44,066 nucleotides of DNA from Bacillota bacterium (GTDB lineage: Bacteria > Bacillota > Dethiobacteria > DTU022). How positions within the stretch are numbered: the first letter of the stretch is position 1; the number at the start of each line of letters is the position of its first letter. Shown in pieces: positions 35,630 through 44,066 of the stretch. The DNA is taken from assembly GCA_051748445.1 (NCBI GenBank), contig JBNJHL010000004.1, positions 1 through 44,066 on the forward strand, in the 5' to 3' direction. Made by a program: the position numbers and the translations under genes. Below the pieces are notes generated by a model, which ran no database searches, was not told where the DNA came from, and saw only the letters and a list, made by a program, of their open reading frames with translations.

Positions 35630-35809
35630 GTGGAAAAGTTTATCGATCACTGCTGCGAAAAATGCTTCAATAGCGAAGAAAAAAGATGCGATGTATTCGT
35701 GTAATGCTGCCTTGAAGGGCCGCTCTGCCACGAGAGCGAACCCTGCAGGAAGGCCCGCGAGGCGATCGTTGAAAAATATTCACACAGCTCAGCTTTCCGG
35801 GACCATTAG
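35630..35809 (+). pseudogene. Cys-rich ~59-codon module with an internal TAA, in frame with the HydB-like gene
   Basis: GTG right after the nuoE-like stop, with RBS GGAGGGG. Reads MEKFIDHCCEKCFNSEEKRCDVFV*CCLEGPLCHESEPCRKAREAIVEKYSHSSAFRDH*, with TAA at 35702 and TAG at 35807. Confidence 0.6.
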
Positions 35810-35869
35810 CAACTTAAGTATATACTATCTTTTGACAGGAAATATCCTTTGAAAGGAGAGAAGGCCAAC

Positions 35870-37723
35870 GTGTATGAGAGACATATTTTAATTTGTGCCG
35901 GAACGGGTTGTATCTCATCGGGCGCTGAAGGAGTGCAGGAAGCCCTGATCGAGTCGCTTAAAGAACACAACCTGGAAGATAATGTGCGTATTATCATGTC
36001 TGGTTGTCATGGTTTCTGCGAGAAAGGCCCGATTTTTATTGTTTACCCTGAAGATGTATTCTACTGCGGGGTGCAGGCTGAAGATGTCCCGGAAATTGTC
36101 GAAGAATACCTGGTTAAGGGTAACATGGTTGAACGGTTGCTTTACAAAGATCCTGTTACCGGGGAACATGTAATCAACCATGATAAGATTATGTTTTACA
36201 GCAAGCAGAAACGTTTGGCTCTGCGCAATTGCGGGGTTATTGACCCCGAGAATATTGATGAATATATAATCCGGGGTGGTTACCTCGGGCTGAAGAGAGC
36301 CCTGCAGATGAAACCGGAAGAGGTTGTTAACGAGGTGAAAGCCTCCGGTCTGCGTGGGCGCGGTGGAGCCGGTTTTCCTACCGGGATGAAGTGGCAGTTT
36401 GGCTTGGGTAGCCCCGGTGATAAGAAATATATAGTTTGCAACGCTGACGAAGGTGACCCCGGTGCTTTTATGGACCGCAGTACCCTGGAAGGCGATCCAC
36501 ATGCCGTGCTTGAAGGGATGCTGGTTGCCGGTCATGCGGTTGGGGCAGATGAAGGCTATATTTATGTGCGCTCCGAGTATCCCCTGGCTATCAAGCGCCT
36601 TAGCACTGCTATCAAGCAGGCTGAAGAATATGGCATGCTCGGTAAAAACATTTTAGACAGCGGTTTTAACTTCAAGGTAAAAATCAAGGAGGGTGCCGGT
36701 GCGTTTGTATGCGGTGAAGAAACAGCATTACTTGCTTCAATTGAAGGCAAACGCGGCGTGCCCCGTCATCGTCCGCCATTCCCGGCCGTTAAAGGCCTCT
36801 GGGATAAACCGACTGTTATTAACAACGTTGAAACCCTGGCCAATGTTCCCCTGATTATGCGCCGCGGCGCCGAGGAATTTGCCTCTGTCGGCACCGAAGG
36901 CAGCAAGGGAACCAAGGTTTTTGCCCTGACCGGAAAAGTTAACAATACCGGTCTGGTTGAAGTACCGATGGGTATTTCCGTTCGCGAAGTTATCTTTGAT
37001 ATCGGCGGTGGAATTCGCTACGGCAAGAAATTCAAGGCAGCCCAGATTGGTGGCCCCTCCGGCGGTTGTATCCCCGAAGAACACCTCGACCTGCCGATTG
37101 ACTTCGACTCGCTGACATCAGCGGGAGCAATGATGGGTTCAGGCGGCCTGGTTGTAGTCGATGAAGATACCTGCATGGTCGACATGGCCCGGTATTTCCT
37201 AAGTTTTACCAAGAAAGAGTCCTGCGGCCAGTGCATCCCCTGCAGGATCGGTACTAACCAAATGTATGATATTTTGGAAGATATAACCAAGGGCAAGGGC
37301 AAACCCGAAGATGTGGCCCTGCTCGAAGAGCTGGCCATTGCAGTGAAAAAGGGTTCAATGTGCGGATTAGGCCAGACAGCGCCTAACCCGGTTCTGACTA
37401 CCCTGCGCTACTTCCGGGATGAATATGAAGCACATGTCAATGAAAAACGCTGCCCGGCCCTGGTATGCAAGGCCCTGCTTCATTACTATATTGATGAAGA
37501 AAAATGTATAGGCTGCCAGCGTTGCGCCAAGGCCTGCCCCGTTGGAGCAATCAGTGGCGAGAAGAAACAACCTCACAAAATTGACCAGGAACTCTGCACG
37601 AAGTGCGGTGCTTGTTTTGACACCTGCCCGAAGAAAGTTCGTGCAGTGCAGGTTGTCTCTGAAGGCTTGCCTGAAGCTGAAGAAGCAGAAGAATGTGAGG
37701 AGGGTTGCAAATGTCAGAACTAA
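35870..37723 (+). CDS. NuoF/HydB-like FMN/NAD-binding subunit with N-terminal [2Fe-2S] and C-terminal 2x[4Fe-4S] domains
   Basis: ICAGTGC...GCHGFC, GLRGRGGAGF, NADEGDPGAFMDR, VCGEETAL, GGPSGG, ESCGQCIPCR...CGLG, CIGCQRCAKACP and CTKCGACFDTCP. GTG 35870 follows AAAGGAG. Confidence 0.93.
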   Translation: MYERHILICAGTGCISSGAEGVQEALIESLKEHNLEDNVRIIMSGCHGFCEKGPIFIVYPEDVFYCGVQAEDVPEIVEEYLVKGNMVERLLYKDPVTGEHVINHDKIMFYSKQKRLALRNCGVIDPENIDEYIIRGGYLGLKRALQMKPEEVVNEVKASGLRGRGGAGFPTGMKWQFGLGSPGDKKYIVCNADEGDPGAFMDRSTLEGDPHAVLEGMLVAGHAVGADEGYIYVRSEYPLAIKRLSTAIKQAEEYGMLGKNILDSGFNFKVKIKEGAGAFVCGEETALLASIEGKRGVPRHRPPFPAVKGLWDKPTVINNVETLANVPLIMRRGAEEFASVGTEGSKGTKVFALTGKVNNTGLVEVPMGISVREVIFDIGGGIRYGKKFKAAQIGGPSGGCIPEEHLDLPIDFDSLTSAGAMMGSGGLVVVDEDTCMVDMARYFLSFTKKESCGQCIPCRIGTNQMYDILEDITKGKGKPEDVALLEELAIAVKKGSMCGLGQTAPNPVLTTLRYFRDEYEAHVNEKRCPALVCKALLHYYIDEEKCIGCQRCAKACPVGAISGEKKQPHKIDQELCTKCGACFDTCPKKVRAVQVVSEGLPEAEEAEECEEGCKCQN

Positions 37724-40386
37724 TTACCCTAACCATAGATGGCCGCGAAATACAGGCTGTGCCGGGTACCTCGATTCTACGGGCAGCGCTGGCCAATGAT
37801 ATCTATATTCCCCATCTTTGTGATCACGAGGATCTGACCTCCGTGGGAATCTGCCGGGTTTGCCTGGTCGAAATCGAGGGACGCCGTCCTACCGTTTCCT
37901 GCATGACCCCGGTGGAAGAGGGAATGGTGGTTCACACTTCCACTGAAGAGCTGGACCAGATCCGCAAAGTTAACTTGGAGCTGCTGGTCCTGCATCATGA
38001 TTATGACTGCCAGAACTGTGCGAAGAACAGCAGGTGCCAGCTGCAGGAACTGACCCGCTATATTGGTATCGATGAGGACAGGATCAATGCTATGCGTCAG
38101 CCTGAGCTGGATATACCGCTCGATGACTCGAATGCCTATTACCTGCGTGATTTGAACAAGTGCGTGCTTTGTGGAATCTGCGTACGTACCTGTAAAGAGA
38201 TCCAGGGTGATGAATGTATTGATTTTACCTTTCGCGGTATCCAAACTAAAATCGGTGTATTGGGTGATAAACCGATTGCCGAATCTACCTGCGTTACCTG
38301 TGGTGAATGTGTTTCACGCTGCCCCGTCGGGGCATTGATTCCCCGCCATGCCGTGGAGCCGACTTATGAAGTCGACACGATTTGCCCATTCTGCGGATGT
38401 GGCTGCGGTGTCACGGTTGGAGCCAGGGGCGGCAAAGTGGTTTCTTCACATGCCGTGCCTGACAGCCCGGCCAGCGGTGGCAGTTTATGCGTTAAGGGAC
38501 GTTTTGGTTTCGGGTTTATAAACTCACCGGACCGCCTGACTACCCCGCTGATTCGTAAAGACGGTGAGCTGGTCGAGGCCAGCTGGGAAGAAGCATTATC
38601 ACTTATAGCCGAAAAGTTTGGCCAGTACAAAGGTGAGCAGTTTGCCACCATTGCTTCGGCCAAGTGTACCGTTGAAGATAACTATGCTATCCAGAAATTT
38701 ACCCGCGCGGTGATGGGTACAAATAACATTGATCACTGCGCCCGTCTCTGACACGCTCCTACCGTGGCCGGTCTGGCCACATCACTGGGCAGCGGAGCGA
38801 TGACTAATTCCATCGCAGAAATCGGAGACGCAGCCTGTATCCTGGCGATCGGGACCAGCACTACTGAAGCGCACCCGATCATTGGTTACCAGGTTAAAAG
38901 AGCAGTGCGGCAGGGTGGCAAGCTGATTGTAGCTAATCCCCAGGAAGTGCCTCTGGTCCACTTTGCCGATCTCTACCTCCAGATCAAACCGGGCAGCGAT
39001 GTAGCCCTGCTTATGGGTATGGCCCGGGTTATAATTGAAGAAGACTTGCATGACCAAAAATTTGTCGAGGCACGCTGCGAGAACTTTGATCAGTTCAATC
39101 AAGCGCTTGACGAATATACCCCGGAATTTGTCAGTGAGACGACCGGTGTATCCTGGGAGAAAATAGTGGAAGCAGCTCGCATGTATGCAGAAAACGATCC
39201 TGCCTCGATTCTTTACTGCATGGGCATTACCCAGCATTCACATGGCACCGATAATGTGCTTGCCATCAGCAACCTGGCCTTAATTACCGGTAACCTGGGC
39301 AAACCTTCTGCCGGGGTTAACCCCCTGCGTGGTCAAAACAATGTCCAGGGCGCCTGTGACATGGGTTCGCTGCCGAACGTCTTTACTGGTTACCAGAAAG
39401 TGACAGATGACGCAGCCCGCCAGAAATTCGAAAAGGGATGGGGCGTTTCACTAAGCGGTGAACCGGGCCTGACCCACACCGAGATCTTTGATGCCGCCTA
39501 TAAAGGTGATATCAAGGCCCTCTACCTGGTTGGCGAAAACCCGGTTCTAACCGAGGCCAATGCCGCCCATTCCACTGAGGCGATGGATAAGCTGGAGTTC
39601 TTCGTAGTTCAGGATATCTTTTTGAACGAAACGGCCGAAAAAGCCGACGTGGTTTTGCCGGCAGCCAGCTTTGCCGAAAAAAACGGCACTTTCGTGAACA
39701 CTGAACGGCGTGTTCAGCGTGTGCGCCGGGTAATTGATCCGGTGGGCGAAGCAAGGCCTGATTGGCTGATAGTCAGTTCCATTGCCAATGAAATGGGAGC
39801 TGAAGGTTTTGCTTATAACAGTGCTGAGGATGTCTTTAATGAAATGACCACTCTCACACCCAGTTTTGCCGGCATTACCTACGACCGGATTGAAGAAGAA
39901 GGGATCCAGTGGCCCTGCCCGTCAGAGGATCATCCCGGAACCTCGATTCTGCACACCGAGAAATTCAATACACCGTCGGGCAAAGGCAAACTGGTGCCGC
40001 TTACCTACCGCCCCTCGGAAGATAGCTGTGATCTTGACTTCCCGCTTACCCTGACTACCGAGCGCAGTTTATACCAGTTCCACAGCACCATGACCCGTCA
40101 TTCAGATGGCTTAGATGAACTGAGCGGTGGCGAGCGGATCAGGATTAACCCGGTCGATGCAGAAAAACTCGGTATTAAAGATGGAGACCTGGTTGAAGTT
40201 AAATCCAGGCGCGGCGAATTGAAAGTAAAAGTAGAACTCACCCGGCGCAGCCAGCCCGGTGTGGCCTCACTCAGCTTCCACTATGCCGAGTGCCCGACTA
40301 ACCTGCTGACCAGTTCAGCTCTCGATCCGGTGGCTAAAACCCCTGAAACCAAGGCCTGCGCCATCCGCATCGACAAAGTACAATAA
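37711..40386 (+). CDS. fdhF: Selenocysteine-containing formate dehydrogenase alpha subunit with an N-terminal HydA/NuoG-like Fe-S module (~891 aa)
   Basis: ORFs 37705-38751 and 38764-40386 are in one frame, joined by TGA-CAC-GCT-CCT-ACC to give IDHCARL-U-HAPTVAGL. Also CPFCGCGC, LCVKG, LRGQNNVQGACDMG and a C-terminal molybdopterin-dinucleotide domain. Confidence 0.95.
38749..38780 (+). promoter_or_regulatory. Sec UGA codon with a bacterial SECIS-like hairpin
   Basis: UGA at 38749-38751, then 12 nt later GTGGCC-GGTCT-GGCCAC (38764-38780). The GGUCU apex resembles the E. coli fdhF SECIS. Confidence 0.85.
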
Positions 40387-40453
40387 GTAGAAAATGTCTT
40401 AGAGATAATATCTATTTATTTTTACTGGCAACACCAGGTTAGTGCTAGAATAA

Positions 40454-40498
40454 TTAGACAGAGCCCGGCCGGATTTAAACCCGCCGGGCTCTGTCTAA
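40454..40498. terminator. Strong hairpin between convergent transcription units (probable terminator)
   Basis: 16-bp perfect stem ttagacagagcccggc / gccgggctctgtctaa; no classical long U-tract. Confidence 0.6.
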
Positions 40499-40621
40499 AA
40501 ATGAAAATTAAGACGCTATTAGTAATAAATTCAACTTGTTAGTTATAATTCATTTTGGCTGTTCAGCCTTTGCTGTCATGATCCTGTAATGCCTGTTCTA
40601 TTGTCCAAGGGTTTCTACTTC

Positions 40622-41725
40622 CTAAATCTCTCGCTGCCCTACTTCGATATCTCTTATTTTCAGCTCTTTCAGGAACTCTTTAATGTCAATGGCGTTGTCT
40701 GCTTCCGGGCTAAACACTCCGAAACGTTTAATCTTGTTTGCCGCCATCATCATTGTCCCGATGCTGAGCGGGAGTCCAGTCAGGCGGCGCATGTGATCGG
40801 TTACGGCGTAAGATACGGTAACATTTATGCCATTGCGCTTGCCCTTGATATCAACCCTGAGAGTCGAGACATTACGCTTTTTACTCTTCGGCATAACGGG
40901 CATGACTGCTTTTACAATCTGTCCGGTCAGCTGTTGTGTAAACTGGACCCGGGTTAAGCCTAAGGCAGAAACAAACCTGGAAAGGTAATTCAAATAACCT
41001 TCCGCCAATCCTCCCTTAAGGGTAACTTCATTGATCCTACCGAGGTAGCGGGGGATGGTAACAGGTTCCGGGTGGCCAAGGTGAAAAGTGTTTGCCATGC
41101 CCATGGGAGGCGGAAATTCAACCGGTTCCTTTTTTGAGCCTGCTTTTACTTTTATAAAGTGCCCTCCCTGGAACGAGGTTGCTTCCCCGGTGAAAATGTG
41201 CATTGTATGCAATATTACTGCCAGGCCTGCCAAATCGGCTGCACCTGTCGACCAGTAAATATTTATTGCCTCTACTTCATCAAGTTCTTCATAGCCTTTA
41301 CGGGCCAGCAGGTTGCTCAAACCCGGGGTCCAGCCCATCCCGGTCAGAATGCGCCTGCCCTCCTGCCTGGCTATGTTGTCGAAAGCCAGGGCTGCTTCTA
41401 CAGCATCAAGGTCATCACAGATACTAACATAATTGGCCCTGGCTTCTATGGCAGCTTCAATCACAGGTTTTTCAAAACGATAAAAAGGTCCCAGTGCTCC
41501 TGCCACTGCAGAGCTGCCATGCATGACCCTGACCAGGTCATTGTGTGAAGTAGCATCTATTTCCCTTACCCTAACTCTATGAGTATCCAGGCTTTCTATC
41601 AGTTTTTCGGCAGCATGCACATTTTTGTCTGCTATAACAATATCGGTTGCTTTAGAATAGCGAGCCAGGTCACGAACAGTTTCCGCACCCATTTCACCTG
41701 CTCCGCCAAGTACAACTATTTTCAT
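40622..41725 (-). CDS. Saccharopine dehydrogenase-like NAD(P)-dependent oxidoreductase
   Basis: MKIVVLGGAGEMG Rossmann motif, GPFYRF, NYVSICDD, GMGWTPGLSN, GHPEPVT and GVFSPE. Confidence 0.88.
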   Translation of the reverse strand: MKIVVLGGAGEMGAETVRDLARYSKATDIVIADKNVHAAEKLIESLDTHRVRVREIDATSHNDLVRVMHGSSAVAGALGPFYRFEKPVIEAAIEARANYVSICDDLDAVEAALAFDNIARQEGRRILTGMGWTPGLSNLLARKGYEELDEVEAINIYWSTGAADLAGLAVILHTMHIFTGEATSFQGGHFIKVKAGSKKEPVEFPPPMGMANTFHLGHPEPVTIPRYLGRINEVTLKGGLAEGYLNYLSRFVSALGLTRVQFTQQLTGQIVKAVMPVMPKSKKRNVSTLRVDIKGKRNGINVTVSYAVTDHMRRLTGLPLSIGTMMMAANKIKRFGVFSPEADNAIDIKEFLKELKIRDIEVGQREI

Positions 41726-41803
41726 ATCGGTCTCCTCCCCGGCACTCGTTTTTTACTGTCATCTATCTTTGTCTTTGCCTAACAACCCGAAATTTTTTAT
41801 ATT

Positions 41804-41830
41804 ATTCAACATTTTTAAGCTTAATCCTTT
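41804..41830 (-). promoter_or_regulatory. Putative sigma-H-type promoter
   Basis: Minus strand AAAGGA-N17-GAAT, fitting the B. subtilis sigma-H consensus. Confidence 0.55.
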
Positions 41831-42001
41831 TTTTAAGTAGAAAAAAATGGGTTAATTGGCATAAAATCATCAAACTGTAGAATCAGTTTAATTGTCGCAA
41901 CAAAGAAATTTATCTTTCTAACCTGTTATCAGTCTATCCGAATATGTTATAATGTTAGCTGTCCGGCTAATGCAGCCGGTAGAAAGGCGGGTAGTTTCTA
42001 A

Positions 42002-42679
42002 ATGTTCCCACTGCGCGACACTATAACCTATCATGGTTCTACCGTTGCCACTATCGGCCTGATCGTTCTAAATGGCATAGTATTTTTCTACCAGTTTTCG
42101 CTGGGCATAACTGCTCAATCTGATATCTTTTATACATTTGGCTTTACACCCTTATTTTTTTTCCAGGATCCATCCGGAGAATTCTGGACCATCTTTACCA
42201 GCATGTTTATTCACGGTTCATTTGCCCATCTGCTTGGTAATGTATGGTTTCTCTGGGTTTTCGGACCGGCGATTGAAGGCAGACTTGGTTTTTTTAAGTT
42301 CATGTTTCTTTACTTTGCCTCAGGCTTAGCTGCTGCCCTGCTGCAGGGTTTTTCTCTGCCGGAAACCACAGTTCCCATGGTCGGGGCCTCGGGAGCAATA
42401 TCTGGCCTGCTGGGAGCGTACCTGTTACTATTCCCCCGGGCCAGGGTATTGACGATAATCCCGCCCCTCTTTTTCTTTTTCTTCTGGCTGCCTGTTCCGA
42501 TTTACATCGGCTACTGGATTTTAATCCAGTTCTTTTACGCTTTTGCCAATGTCAGCGGGGTGGCCTGGTGGGCCCATATTGGCGGTTTTTTACTCGGTCT
42601 GGTGATGGTTTTGTTCATGCGCCCGAAACGTAACTACCGCGCCGACCCATTCTGGGAATGCTGGCGCGATTACTGTTAG
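42002..42679 (+). CDS. Rhomboid family intramembrane serine protease
   Basis: MFPLRD, TSMFIHG..HLLGN, GASGAI (Ser) and AHIGG (His). Extended -10 TGtTATAAT at 41945-41953. Confidence 0.93.
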   Translation: MFPLRDTITYHGSTVATIGLIVLNGIVFFYQFSLGITAQSDIFYTFGFTPLFFFQDPSGEFWTIFTSMFIHGSFAHLLGNVWFLWVFGPAIEGRLGFFKFMFLYFASGLAAALLQGFSLPETTVPMVGASGAISGLLGAYLLLFPRARVLTIIPPLFFFFFWLPVPIYIGYWILIQFFYAFANVSGVAWWAHIGGFLLGLVMVLFMRPKRNYRADPFWECWRDYC

Positions 42680-42727
42680 CACCTGATATTGTTATAACTG
42701 TCAAGCACAAAAGGAGTGAGTTTTTAA

Positions 42728-43558
42728 GTGGAAAACATATCGCAAATATTTTGGATCTTCATTATAATATCAGCGCTTACCCCGTACCTGCAGCAGCAGC
42801 TGCTGCTGGCGGCCCGGGCCCGCAAAATGGCCGAGCTTGTGCATAAGCGAAAAAGCCGCGTTATAACCTTAATCCACCGCCAGGAAGCCCTGAGCCTGCT
42901 CGGCATACCTCTGACCCGCTTTATAAACATCGAGGATTCCGAGCAAGTCTTGACAGCAATCCGCCTGACCGACAAGGATGCGCCGATTGACCTGATCCTC
43001 CACACTCCCGGCGGGCTGGTCCTTGCTTCCGAGCAAATTGCCGAAGCCCTGCTGCGTCATCCCGGCAAGGTTACCGTTTTTGTTCCTTATTATTCCATGT
43101 CAGGTGGGACCCTGATTGCCCTGGCTGCAGATGAAATCGTGATGGATGAAAATGCCGTTTTGGGCCCACTTGACCCCCAGCTGGGCCAGTACCCGGCCGC
43201 CTCGCTGCTCAAAGTGCTTGACAAAAAAGAGATGAAAGACATCGACGATCAAACCGTAATCCTGGCCGACGTGGCTACCAAGGCGCTCAGCCAGATCAAG
43301 GATACAGTCAAGTGCTTCTTATCCAAGCATATGGACGATGAAAAAACTAACAAGGTAGCCGAGAAGTTAACCCAGGGTACCTGGACCCACGACTACCCGA
43401 TTGACAGCAGGCAGATGGCTGAAATGGGTATTAACGTTAATAATGAGATGCCCGAAGAAATATACAGCCTGATGAGCATGTTCCCGCAGCCGCGCAGCGC
43501 CCGGCCCAGTGTCGAGTATAACCCCGGCCCGGTTTACCCTTCCGGCCCGAAAGAATAA
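42728..43558 (+). CDS. SDH-family Clp-fold serine protease (S49-like), N-terminally anchored
   Basis: SRVITLIHRQE, FINIEDSE, ILHTPGGLVLA, SMSGGTLIALAAD, LGPLDPQ and WTHDYPI. Confidence 0.88.
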   Translation: MENISQIFWIFIIISALTPYLQQQLLLAARARKMAELVHKRKSRVITLIHRQEALSLLGIPLTRFINIEDSEQVLTAIRLTDKDAPIDLILHTPGGLVLASEQIAEALLRHPGKVTVFVPYYSMSGGTLIALAADEIVMDENAVLGPLDPQLGQYPAASLLKVLDKKEMKDIDDQTVILADVATKALSQIKDTVKCFLSKHMDDEKTNKVAEKLTQGTWTHDYPIDSRQMAEMGINVNNEMPEEIYSLMSMFPQPRSARPSVEYNPGPVYPSGPKE

Positions 43559-43569
43559 AAATATATTTA

Positions 43570-44066
43570 AGCCTGGTCATCGACTTTAATGAGTATGAAG
43601 ATCGCCATACCTTTGATGAAAGAACTATAACGGATATATAACCAATCACGACCCGGATGGTATGCACCTGTACAGGATTGCGATCATGGTCCATCCCGAT
43701 TACCGCTGGTTGCATGTCGGTAGCCGCCTCTACGAAAAGCGTAAAGAACTGGCTCAGCGCCTTAACCTGAAAAGTTTTCTTGTCGGCGGGCGCATCCCCA
43801 ACTATCACAAGTATGCTGACCAGATGAGTGCGTATGAGAATGTGCAGCAGGTTATCCAGCAGAAAATTTACGATCCGGTATTAAGTTTCCAGCTCTTAAA
43901 CGGCTTCAAGCTGAAATGGGTAAATCCCGAATACCTGGAGGATGACAGGGCTTCACATAAATATGCCGTTGTTTTGGAGTGGAGCAATGTCGATTACCTG
44001 CCCCGGTCGAAACGTCTTTACCTGCGTGCCTTCCCGGTACGGGACCATTGAGAACCAGTATAAGCT
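43570..44066 (+). pseudogene. Decayed bifunctional GNAT acetyltransferase / carbon-nitrogen hydrolase gene
   Basis: No N-terminus. SLVIDFNEYEDRHTFDE, a frameshift near 43621-43628, then NGYITNHDPDG..MVHPDYRWLHVGSRLY..GGRIPNYH..DPVLSFQL..LEWSNVDY..FPVR. This jumps out of frame to GTIENQYK(L), which I recall from the middle of the nitrilase domain. Confidence 0.75.

Noticed and set aside
35702-35809. Sec or pyrrolysine read-through fusing the Cys-rich module to HydB
   Set aside because: The first stop is TAA, which is not recoded, and the downstream gene has its own RBS and start.
35153-38751. Respiratory complex I (nuoEFG) or [FeFe]-hydrogenase
   Set aside because: There are no membrane nuo genes and no H-cluster motifs; the third gene continues into an FDH molybdo/tungstopterin domain.
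37705-40386. Two separate genes or a nonsense pseudogene for FDH
   Set aside because: The TGA is at the canonical Sec/Cys ligand position, the frame is continuous and a SECIS-like hairpin follows.
1-44066. rRNA, tRNA, riboswitch, prophage, transposase or anti-phage defence genes
   Set aside because: None recognised by eye; an Infernal/tRNAscan run on the intergenic regions would be needed to exclude small RNAs.

Overview
This looks like chromosomal DNA of an anaerobic Bacillota (Firmicutes) bacterium. That is inferred from Bacillota-type RBSs, sigma-A/H/D-like promoters, a lipoprotein solute-binding protein and acidic exported proteins. It encodes a truncated sensor kinase, Tex, a ferric-reductase/FNR fusion, buk-ptb, an unusually large RND transporter with TetR, a flavodiiron protein, SppA, a divergent Dpp/Gsi-type peptide ABC system, Yip1, DMT, a K+ channel, a trypsin-like protease and a GGDEF protein. 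It also carries an orphan RnfD, a three-subunit xanthine-dehydrogenase-family molybdoenzyme, DUF2284, ferritin, a HydC/HydB-like plus selenocysteine formate dehydrogenase operon (probably electron-bifurcating), a saccharopine-dehydrogenase-like protein, and a rhomboid plus Clp-fold protease pair. I saw no rRNA, tRNA, CRISPR array, transposase, integrase or defence system. The most unusual signals are not in the ORF track: (1) a 221-bp MITE-like element with GGA-loop hairpins (CsrA-site-like) and two partial copies; (2) two REPIN-like palindromes with arm-concerted substitutions around a DnaA-box-like cluster and DUF2284; (3) a ~265-aa acidic insertion with a tandem ~81-aa repeat in the RND transporter; (4) a detached Cys-rich module in frame with the HydB-like gene; (5) probable non-canonical start codons; (6) four gene relics, three with internal deletions. 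None is shown to be a new system; they are leads that need database searches.
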